Shown piece by piece: positions 1 through 9,261 of a DNA stretch of 64,000 nucleotides. Each line of letters starts with the position of its first letter. Positions within the stretch are counted from its first letter, which is position 1. The notes under the pieces were generated by a model, which searched no databases, was not told the DNA's origin, and was given only the letters and a program-made list of their open reading frames with translations. The translations under genes and the position numbers were made by a program. The stretch is from positions 42,346,001 to 42,410,000 of the forward strand of contig OZ287756.1 in NCBI GenBank assembly GCA_965649765.1, read 5' to 3'. This stretch comes from Bispira polyomma. Taxonomy: Eukaryota.

Positions 1-204
1 AGGAATGTCTCAGATAATGGATTACCCTCCTCCCACCTCACCTCAAGGAAGTCTTCCCTCAAGATACCGCTCCATCGGGACTCCTCACTACCCCAGGGGC
101 TATTACTGCACCATCGACCCTCCCTAATCTTCAGGACTTCCTTCTCTAGAAGGGCCAGCATCACCCCATCATTGAGGAGGCTACAGCTCAGATTTGCTAA
201 AGAG
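1..204 (+). CDS. Partial coding exon of an unidentified host gene (Ser/Arg-rich, ...FSRRASITPSLRRLQLRFAKE), 5' end outside the window
   Basis: Frame 1 is open from base 1 to 204, is GC-richer than the flank, and ends at a consensus donor GAG|GTGAGT (GT at 205-206, phase 0). It contains RRAS/RKSS basic-Ser motifs like the exon near 62.3 kb. Confidence 0.6.
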
Positions 205-1413
205 GTGAGTGAGAGAATTAAGCTGATACTTGTCACTTATAAAATGTGTTCAAGTGAAAGAGTAATAGGGCCACCTATTGTGTTCTGTTTGTTGAGATAA
301 TAACATGACTTGTGGACTTTTTATGTAGTCCTGATACTCTTCTATAGTATTCCCTTAGCTTTCCTAATTGTTAAATAGTAATACATCTTATATCAAAAAT
401 CAGGGTGAACCACTGTTCAGTACACTAATCATATTTATCAAAGTTGCATATACAGAATCATATATTATAATAGGTTTGAACTTATTTGCAGAAAAAAATA
501 ATGCAACATGATCTGGTTAATTGATCCTTTGTCTCGAGTATGCTATTCATTTTTGTAGCAATTAACAATACAGTGGAGGATTACTTGTAAGCAGCGGTCA
601 CTCAAACGTCTGACCTTATCAAGCAAAGATGTAAACTAAAAATGTAAAATCACAGCTCAATTTATATGAGTATACTGAAAAAGAAATAAAGTCATATGGA
701 ACTTTTAACTGTAGTTGGTTTAGGTAAAAAAAATTTGATCAAATGCAAATTCCCAGTACTGTAATTATTTGATCATTAGTGGATTTTGTGTCTCTTACCA
801 ATAGAAAAAAACATGTGCTCTTTACCAGTCCAGTTGTATTGTATGTCACTACTATAGTGTTATTTTAATTAGATTATCACATGAAGCACCCCAAATATTC
901 ATAAATGTTTTTTATGTCATTCATATCTATAGCTCACTTTGCTATCGATTCAGAAAGTTACAATCAAAAATTTCTACTACTTTTCTCAGTTGATAAAAAA
1001 ACCTCGATAAGGCTGATTTGATTGTCTTGGTGCCCAAACAGAGGCCTTCTCTTGTAAGTAAGCACAAACTACAAAAACAATGGCACTCAATTGATATGAA
1101 GCCAAATACCTCTGCTAACATCTACAAATAGTGTAATGTCAATTTGTATATACGAGCTAAGCATTAAAAAAAAGGTCTGAGAAGTGACATGCTCCTAAGT
1201 ACATGTTACAATCGTAAACTCACGCTTTAAGTTAAGTTTCAGAATATTGCAACAAATTCCGTACCAGTAATTCATTCTTTTCAGACTCATCAATTGCTTG
1301 TTTCCTCCTTTTTAATAAAGTAAAGGGCTCCCTAAAATTACATATGCAGTTTTTACTTCGTATGATGTCATTGAATAGTCAGATAATAAGACCACTGTAT
1401 CTTGTGTCTGATG

Positions 1414-1484
1414 TGTGTAGACATCTGCTATGTGTAGACATCTGCTATGTGTAGACATCTGCTATGTGTAGACATCTGCTATGT
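1414..1484. repeat. 17-bp minisatellite (TGTGTAGACATCTGCTA) x4
   Basis: Four perfect tandem copies read directly. Confidence 0.95.
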
Positions 1485-2185
1485 AATACTGGTCATAGTT
1501 TACACTTTAAGGTTGACAATTACACATGGTGCTATATGTTATGAGATGTAGTGAACCAAAAAAAGGACAAAAAATCAGTAATTATCTGGGACGTGAATTG
1601 CATCCACACTGTGATGGATGGTTTTTATAACCCCATTCTCTAAATTTCTCTGCATTTGTTCCACAAAAACCAATTTAACAGACTGCATTGTACATGTAAA
1701 GATTTATACTTGTAATAGGTTATTGTCCTTCGTGTATAGAGTACTTTTAGTGTCACTCTATTGAACTTTATACAAACAATTTAATATACACATCTATAGC
1801 AAATGTGTTATATAAATGAAACTGAAGAAGATGTGTCGGGGAAACAGATGACTATATCATTTTTAGAAATATATTATCAATATAAATATACCTTTTTGTT
1901 TTAAAACCTCCAATGTGGATGTCAAATGCTTTGTCACCAATTTATGTTGTATTTGAATTTGAATTTCAAGGTGTTGCTTCATTACCTTGCAACTTAATAA
2001 TGACCAAATATGAGAAAAGGCGGGAAATTGACTTAACCCTAAGGAATTTGATTGGTAGTGAGGTAAGAGAGGTTCTGGTCTAGGATTGGTGTATCTAGGT
2101 AAACAATTCTTAAGTAAGTAAATAATACAGTAAGGTATTACAATTGCACGACTGACTAGCCATGCTTTGTGAGCAGTGACTACAA

Positions 2186-2285
2186 TTTTAGTAGGTTATA
2201 TTGGGACGGGTAGTTGAAAACGCTGGAGGAAACACTGCATACAGTTGATCAAGGTTCTGCAGAGAAACCAGCGGCCCACAGTAAG
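2186..2285 (-). mobile_element. 3' fragment of tRNA-derived SINE family 1
   Basis: The reverse complement matches the 3' half of the SINEs at 11638, 15005 and 29559 (CTTACTGTGG...GAACCTTGATCAACTGTATGCAGTGTTTCCTCCAGCG...ACTACCCGTCCCAATATAACCTACTAAAA). Confidence 0.85.
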
Positions 2286-3625
2286 TGGCCAATTTATGTT
2301 GTAGTAAAACTACTAAAAGTAGACCAACCATCTGGACCAATTATTATAAGTATATTATTCATATTGCAATCATGTCATCGGCATAATGTTTTAGCACAAA
2401 GTTTCCATGTTCCATCCCATATAGTTTAGTGTTTACTGCGCTGAGAAGCACATCAGAATCCCTGAATTATTGAGAGATGCTGAGATCTCTCCCGGGGGAT
2501 ATTTAGGATGGTATCGAATTGTTGGTCTTACATCCTCCCATTGTTGCCGCGATCTTTCGGCCGTGGACTATTAAATTACGCTAGTAATTTTCCCCAGTAA
2601 TCCAATTGTTCATCCTGACTTTAATGTGGGGCCCCATATGTAGTCAGGGCATTAATATATAGTATACAAGATTAATGACGGAATCCCCTGGCTTTGTTTT
2701 ACTGAGGAGATCTGAACCTGTGGTTTAATATTTAATATAAGTCTGACAGAGATTTGAGGACATAAAATATAATGTATTGTGAACAAAATATATCGGTCAG
2801 ATATATGTTTTCTTGAGTCATAAAAGTTCCTGTTGCAATTGTCAGAGAACTGGCCTAAAATATTCTATATATTTTCTTGCTCTTTGTGTACTGTGAGTGT
2901 GTTCGATTCATAAAAATTAATAAATTAAATAAAAGTTGATAATATATATTAGGAAATATAGAGATTTTATTGATACTATTTTATTTAATAACTAATAATA
3001 ATAATCATTTACTCTAGTCATCAGTGAATAATTCCTATAGATGAGATACCAATGTTTCACACAATAATTGAATGCATCCTAAAATCATATACATGATTTA
3101 AAGGGAAATAAGTTGGTTTGTATTTGTAGTTGTATTTGTATATGAGCAGAATGCAGTGAGATACTCAGCTCACTATAAGACAATAAAAAAATATTATTAC
3201 AAAAATTGAGAATATGTATATATATATATATATGCCATTTGTGATATTACATATTATTCCTAAAGTTCTATTGATTGAGCGTAAATCACTGCTGCCAAGG
3301 GGGTATATTGCTGTGATTGTCTCAATTATGTAACATTAGTGCATCAGTAACCGCTGTAATGGCTGGCAATTATTGCTTGCTAATTGACATCTTTTAATAC
3401 AAGAGACTATAACTGTAGTGTAAAATTGCATTATACTGTCCTGTTGATGATTGGGATGATCATTTCTAGGTATCTGACTTAGAGAGCAGATGTTTATCAG
3501 TTCCCAGGAACCAGGTATGAGCTAGTTATTTATTTACTTATCAACACAGAGAAAGATTGCGGTTCATAATTTTATTAGTACACTACAGGGTTAAAGCTAC
3601 TATGTACAGTTTTTCATTAAGAAGA

Positions 3626-3956
3626 GGGGCATAAGGTAACCTTAAGAAAGCAACAAATTTTAAGGTCACCATAGAATAAGGAATTGTCAAGATGAGGTTA
3701 CCCTAAGTGAGATTTCAAATTGAAGTTAGGGTGACCATAAGTTAAGAACAGAATAAGGTGACCATAAATGGAATTTTAAGTTTAAGTTTGAGAATACTAT
3801 AATTTAAAGTTTAAGTGAATAAATTAAAGTTTTAATGAAATTTTAAATTTTTTCGAAAATTTTGGCAATTCTAAGTGAAATTTAAATTCAAAGATTTTGA
3901 AAGTTAGATGGAGGAGTACATTATGTGCTCCCCGCAGGAGGGTGACCTTATGCCCC
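3626..3956. repeat. 3'-terminal repeat region of the YR element: 16-bp inverted repeat plus six GGTNACC palindromes
   Basis: GGGGCATAAGGTAACC (3626-3641) pairs with GGTGACCTTATGCCCC (3941-3956) with 1 mismatch. GGTNACC occurs at 3635, 3664, 3696, 3730, 3757 and 3941. Confidence 0.85.
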
Positions 3957-4075
3957 AATATAGTGTGATAATTTAATTTTATTTGACATTTATTTTTCAT
4001 GTTTTAAACATGTAGATTTATAAAGTTTTAGGTGAGAGGAAAAATCCAAACCACCAAGCCCAAAAAAAAAATTTT

Positions 4076-5060
4076 TTAGGAGGTACTTCGTAGGGCAGCC
4101 AAAAAAGAGTCAGCCACCTGGGTGCCAACCAAAGCGGAATCAGTAATATAACGCCAAACACAGTCCGACGTCCAGGTGCCATGTCGCTGAATATCCTGTA
4201 GAGGAACATTATTGTTGAACGCAAACGTGGCACCTGAACGCCGGAGAGAATGAAAAGTCAAATTTGAGTGCTGAAGATTCAGCATCTGTAATATATTCTT
4301 TAGATGCCGTCTACCTCGATTATCCGTCATGGGAACCCATGAATCTTTCAATTTATATTGGAATAAAGGAGCATTCTTGCCAGCAGGAGATACAGCCAAC
4401 ACAGCTCTCAGAGCAGCCACCGGACATAACTCTGAATTCGGAAGAACAGGGAGAGACAGTAGCTTAACAGCATCTTTAGTTTGCATTGTCTTGCTCCATT
4501 TTATCACTAACAGTGCATACCCAGGCTTAAAAAACACGTCTCCCCTGGCCAGATGTTTAAGCGGTGAAAATGTAGCCATGGAATGAGGGCACAAATTTGA
4601 GAGACGTAAAAAACTAAAAAAACTGGTAAGATAAATAGCCTTATATATCAGGCCCATGTAAGTCAGATGACACTTTTGTACTACGCTTAACATTAGTGGA
4701 ATATCGAAGACACTTTTCAACTTTACTTGTAAGGGCCTGTTCACTAGCAAAGCCTGTTATAATACGAGATCCTTGGATCAGAAAACGGTTGAACGTCTAA
4801 ATGAAACAGTATACACTTCGCCTTCACAGCTGATAGATAGTTTGCAATCTAAGAGGGAGATACACAGTTAAAGCTCAAAAATTCAAGAAATGCAAGTAAC
4901 TGGAACACATTCACCTGAGCATTAGGCCAAGCCATAAAGATGGTGAAGGCTAAGAAGGTCTTAAACATGCTGCTGTAAGCAGAAGACATGGACGGGGCCA
5001 GAGCTGTATGCATCCTTCTACAGGCAAGGCTGGTCAGCAAACTTTCCACAGAACTGCGAC
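4076..5060 (-). pseudogene. Tyrosine recombinase (YR) ORF of the retrotransposon, disrupted
   Basis: Catalytic residues are recognisable: FLRLSNL (R), KWSKT (K), FHSLRR (H-x-x-R), HGTW, WRY (Y). The N-terminal part reads ...LLAFLEFL...SPS*IANYLSAVK. There is a premature TAG at 4849-4851 and a 1-nt frameshift near 4755 that joins ORF 4076-4750. Confidence 0.9.
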
Positions 5061-6800
5061 CTGAAATTACAAATTTTATGACAAAAGTTTAGATATCCGT
5101 ATTTACATGTAACAAGGCTTCACTAGTGGGAAGCCACACCACTGGGCCCGCCCATTCATGCAGCAATTGTACATTCAATTTTATTCTGTCCCATCTGGAC
5201 AGGAGGTCTGCGACCTTATTCTTAACCCCAAGTATGTGTATGACCTTCACGTCGATATCAAATCGGCTGGCCCACAAGTAAATGTTTCGAGTATAAGTTG
5301 CCAAAATGGGGTCCTGAGTACGACCACTGTTTAACACACTAACCACGGCCTGGTTATCACATTTGAATAGAACCCTCTTTCCTTGCCAGAGTTTAGCCCA
5401 CAATTTTAGTGCCACTAGAATGTTTATCATTTCCAACGAAGCAATATTATGGTCTGCCATTTCTTTTGGAACAGATAACTTATATACCTGGCCAGCGACA
5501 CATAGAAAATCATCGATGTACGCGTGTATATGCCAGCCTTCCTGGAGCATGATATATCTTACGGCGTCGGAAATTCGCTGAAAAATAGTGGATCCGTTCT
5601 GGAACCCGAACGGAAGAGACCTATCCAGATAGTAAGAATTCCATTTTAGACCCAACAAATCAACATCACCCGGATCAATTGGCACGTGCCTGAATGCGCG
5701 ACTTATGTCGACCTTAAATATCTTGCCACCTTTGCCTAGTTTCTTCATTAGTAAGACTATCCACTGACGGATAAGACAGTAAAAATTTTGTGCCAAGATA
5801 CTCAGTGGGAGAAGCCCCTGTATTCACTGATTCGCCAATTGGCCAGCTAAGGTCCACAATGACCCGCCTGTTACTGGAGCTGGATTTATTACGGGTCATC
5901 ATGGGGGAAAAATGCATGTTTTCTATTGGTGGATCCTTAAAAGGGCCCAGGACAGCACCATGTTTGAACTCCTCATTCAAATACGTATCAACGTGCTCTG
6001 GGAATTCTAGAGCCGATTTGTGATTACTGACGTCTGCTTGGCTAATATTTCCGCGCCTCACATCGAGGGGGAAGCCGTATTTGACCAATAAGGGAAGCTG
6101 CCAATCCCAATAAGATTTTAAGTATTGAAACCACTTTTTCGGATTCAGTTGCGACTTTACGGGTAGCTGCAGTCCCTTAAAATTTTGTCTCCCATCCTTT
6201 CTTAATACTTGATGCAATTTTAAAATGTCCGCACTGTAATTTTCGGCACCACTATCCCAAACCCTACAGCACAAGTCGGACAGGGGAGTAAAACCATATT
6301 CAACCCTATTCTGGCTACGCCATTTGCAGTGAGTTAGATTGCCCTTGGCTTTACACAAAAGTTCTTTCTTGTTAAGTTTTTGCTTCAGGGCCAGGGCATA
6401 TTTGTCATTAACCATATGGTCGTCAGTATCCCCACGAGCTACAGTGACACAGTCAGCCTGCCTAATACTACTATGTTCGCTACTATTTGTTTTCCTTTCT
6501 CTCGTTTTTCTCGCATTCACACGTGAGTGCACAACACCTTCATTACCAGAACATGACACCTGCTGTGCAACACCATTCAGACGTACTTCCATCGAGCCAG
6601 GAGCCATAAACACAGCAAATTTGTTCTTTAACTTTATTTGGTTGTCTGTATTGAGACACACTCCTCCATGCCCCTTTGTTGGCTTTATAAGTGAGAGCCC
6701 AGCCTCGCCCTCCCCAGTGCTTTTCCTCCCCCCACTAGTATTGCCCTTGTGGGGGGTGGTACTGCGGGGGTCTGGCCCGGACCCCACCCTAGGGAGGTTA

Positions 6801-7040
6801 TGACTCTTTTGTCTAGTAAAGGTGCGGCTCTTAATGTGTTGAACGAAATTGGCAATTTTACCACAAGTAGGACTAGCCTCAGATGCTTGTCTGCATTCAA
6901 ATCGCTTTACTATGTCACTATGACTTTTTTGTCTAGTAAAGGTGCGACTTTTAACGTTTTGAACGACATTGCCAATTTTACCACAAGTAGGACTCGCCTC
7001 AGATGCTTGTCTGCATTCAGATCGCTTTACTATGTCACTA
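6801..7040. repeat. 120-bp tandem duplication (40 aa) in the pol N-terminal region
   Basis: 6801-6920 and 6921-7040 are near-identical and encode SDIVKRxECRQASEASPTCGKIxNxVQxxKSRTFTRQKSH twice in frame. Confidence 0.95.
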
Positions 7041-7162
7041 TAACTCTGTTTATACTTCATACCACAATAGTGTTGACACATTTGTCTGCCAATTTTGCTG
7101 TCCAACAATTGAAAATCCTGGAAACCCATTTGAAAAACTTGTCTCAAAAAATCTCTACTATC

Positions 7163-7198
7163 GCCCACTGCATTACTGCAGTGGGCTCTCAGTTTTTT
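7163..7198 (-). promoter_or_regulatory. Putative -1 programmed ribosomal frameshift signal (gag to pol)
   Basis: The - strand reads A AAA AAC (7198-7192, in gag phase), spacer UGAGA containing the gag stop, then GCCCACUGCA-GUAA-UGCAGUGGGC (7186-7163). Pol is in the -1 frame. Confidence 0.75.
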
Positions 7199-8259
7199 GA
7201 TTGTTTTTTGGTACAATTAGCACTCCTGTGCGCCCCAGCACACGTTTCGCATACATGTTTAAAGAAGGTATTTCCACTTTTGTGGCTAAACTGAAATTTG
7301 CAGGAACCTTCCTGATAAAATTTGCAATTGGCCGAGCCCTGCCTCCCCATACCTCTGCTTTTACTTCCACCCCTCGTGAAAGTACTGCTGCTACCACTGC
7401 TTGATACATGCCTCTGGGCATGGGCGCGACGCAACCTATCGAATTTTTCGACCTCTGTCCATTTCAATTTGTCCATTTCCATGGTGGTTAACACCACGGC
7501 ATGGCAGGCTTTGGCGACCTCCCAGGAAAAATCCTGGGAGTCCTCCATTAAGCCCGCCATGTAGTCCAACATAATCTCTTTTATTTCCGGATTTTTTTCA
7601 TCTTGGATAATGCGGGTAAACCCACACACCCATTGACTAAGAGAAAGATCGTCATAACTGGGTCGAGTTTTAAAGTTTCCAGACAACACGTGATTCTGGG
7701 GCCATTCGATCACTTTTTTCACTAAAACATCAACGCCACCCCCTCTTTGTGATTTGATCTTACCTTTTTTCAGATTCTCGTTTAGCTCCTTAAGTTCGCT
7801 AAGACGCTGCTCAACCTGACTTTGGATACTGGTGTTTGTTCGCAGAAACTCAATCGTCGGGACCACACTGTCCATACCAACAGCACCGATTTGATCCGTA
7901 TTTCCACTTCCTACAGTTGCGTCAGTGTTTGAGCCACCACCATTCTGATTTTTACCGTTACTTTGAACAGAATTTTGATCTTTCCCATTACAATTCATGG
8001 GTGCATCCTTCACCAAAGCCGCTTCAGTGAGGAGAACATGCTTGTCAAGCCGACTCATCATTTCACCCATGCTCTGTAATTGCAGTAAAATTTGACTGGA
8101 AACCTCAGCCAGACCGCTGGGAGCAACGAAATCCGCCCCATCAACTAACTCATCCTCGGAAATGGACTCCTCATGTATCACACGACTACATCTGGTACCG
8201 ACTGGTCTGGCATGCCTTTCAAGGCATTTAGAACAACCATACACTTTTACTCGTGGCAT
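7189..8259 (-). CDS. Gag-like ORF1 of the YR retrotransposon (356 aa, intact)
   Basis: ATG start and uninterrupted frame. N-terminal C-x2-C-x3-H-x7-C motif, coiled-coil-like segments, a central YDDLSLSQWVCGF...FSWEVAKACHA block, and a C-terminal Cys/His cluster (CKFYQEGSC...H, HVCETCAGAHRSANC). Confidence 0.85.
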   Translation of the reverse strand: MPRVKVYGCSKCLERHARPVGTRCSRVIHEESISEDELVDGADFVAPSGLAEVSSQILLQLQSMGEMMSRLDKHVLLTEAALVKDAPMNCNGKDQNSVQSNGKNQNGGGSNTDATVGSGNTDQIGAVGMDSVVPTIEFLRTNTSIQSQVEQRLSELKELNENLKKGKIKSQRGGGVDVLVKKVIEWPQNHVLSGNFKTRPSYDDLSLSQWVCGFTRIIQDEKNPEIKEIMLDYMAGLMEDSQDFSWEVAKACHAVVLTTMEMDKLKWTEVEKFDRLRRAHAQRHVSSSGSSSTFTRGGSKSRGMGRQGSANCKFYQEGSCKFQFSHKSGNTFFKHVCETCAGAHRSANCTKKQSKN

Positions 8260-8427
8260 TGTGAGAGACAGTTACAGTTACACTAAAATACTAAAACGAA
8301 TGTAAATAAATGTAAACAAGTAAATTAAAAACAAAACCAAGACTCTCTGCCAAAATCTCCAGTATTAATTCAATGTTGTTCCTTTGCTGACGGTTGGTGT
8401 AAAGAAAGAGATTTCAAATTTTATCGA

Positions 8428-8461
8428 TTTATATAGCGAAACGCAATCAAGCGTGACCAAT
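8428..8461 (-). promoter_or_regulatory. Candidate Pol II promoter of the YR element (TATA + CCAAT)
   Basis: TATATAAA on the - strand at 8435-8428, and a CCAAT box at 8457-8461, about 170-200 bp upstream of the gag ATG. Confidence 0.45.
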
Positions 8462-8464
8462 AGA

Positions 8465-8691
8465 GTTAGCAAGCAGTGCGCTTTACAATCACTGGTCTCC
8501 CACCTCTGGGATCAGCTGGCGTGGGTTCGACTCCCGTTGATGCCTATGTGGGAAAGGTAGTAGTTCCTTACTGTGTGCGGCTGGTTTCACTGTAGAACCT
8601 TGACCAACTGTATACACTGTTTCCTCTAGCGTTCCAACTACCCGTCCCAATATAACCTACTAAAAGGTACTAGAATGGATGTTAAACATCA
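8465..8691 (+). mobile_element. tRNA-derived SINE family 1, copy A (lacks the first ~21 nt and the tail)
   Basis: B box GGTTCGACTCC, and near-identical to the copies at 11638 and 15005. Confidence 0.9.
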
Positions 8692-9223
8692 CATGTCACG
8701 AGCAACCCAAGAGGTTAGGAGTGCAGTCTGTAAGTGATAGAGCATTGACGTAGTCATGTGATGCAGTATCGAATGCTGAAGACTCCATCTAATTTGAGTA
8801 TGTGTGTTGCAACTATAAAGAGGGGAGAACATGCCACTGTGTTTACAGATGATGACATAGTTATCTAAGGATGAAATGTCACAACTACAACTAAGTACAT
8901 GTTATATACTGAACAAAGTCCCAGTCATTGAAAAACATTGTGGAATTTGTAACCAACTACACCTTGGTCAGTATTGTCTCAGTTCAATCAATATCAACTT
9001 ATGATCAGCTCAACATAGATAAATGGCTCAGTTGATCTTGAAAATCAAATTGACATTCTCAAACCTAGGATCAGCTGTATTCACAAACATTTTCAGTATG
9101 TTCTTAGGCTCAGCTAATCAGATTTTTTTAAAGATATTTTCATTCAATCAAATTGGTTGAAATAAAAGTTTAAAATAAGAATCTATGTGTACACCAGCCC
9201 TGATGTGTAAACAATATACTCGT

Positions 9224-9229
<6 letters not shown>

Positions 9230-9256
<27 letters not shown>
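9230..9256. repeat. (TG)n microsatellite
   Basis: Read directly. The equivalent position in the second unit is the N gap. Confidence 0.95.

Positions 9257-9261
<5 letters not shown>

Larger units (their letters stand above)
5089..7198 (-). pseudogene. pol (reverse transcriptase + RNase H) of the YR retrotransposon, disrupted
   Basis: RT motifs: FSPMMTRNK, RRVIVDLSWP, KVDISRAFRH, LPFG, YIDD. RNase H motifs: LEMINI, KCDNQAVV, HILGVKNKVADLLSR. A frameshift near 5745 separates ORFs 5714-7216 and 5089-5796. YIDD lies only about 25 aa from the RNase H Glu motif, which implies an internal deletion. Confidence 0.9.
5061..7763 (-). other. Predicted intron joining the Gag N-terminus to YR
   Basis: Donor AAAAG|GTAAGA (exon ends 7764, phase 1 of gag codon 166) and acceptor TTTGTAATTTCAG|G (AG at 5062-5061, phase 1 of the YR frame). 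Confidence 0.6.
3550..8464 (-). mobile_element. Tyrosine-recombinase retrotransposon (DIRS order, Ngaro-like), defective, probably 5'-truncated
   Basis: Ordered gag, RT/RNase H and tyrosine recombinase on the - strand. No integrase or protease, and no methyltransferase domain after RNase H, which favours Ngaro-like over DIRS1/PAT. AATAAA on the - strand at 3571-3576. Boundaries are approximate and the terminal repeats are not resolved. Confidence 0.9.

Noticed and set aside
3632-3766. CRISPR-like array (palindromic repeat with unique spacers)
   Set aside because: The repeats are only 13 bp and degenerate, the spacers are 14-21 bp, the context is eukaryotic and there are no cas genes. Reported as a binding-site ladder instead.
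7203-7210. Second A6C run just upstream of the gag stop as the frameshift site
   Set aside because: It is not in X_XXY_YYZ phase in the gag frame and is 16 nt from the hairpin. The 7192-7198 heptamer fits both criteria.
5363-8030. Antisense and alternative-frame ORFs over the retrotransposon (for example 6339-6803, 6749-7294, 7322-7564)
   Set aside because: They are shadows of GC-richer gag/pol sequence and have no recognisable motifs.
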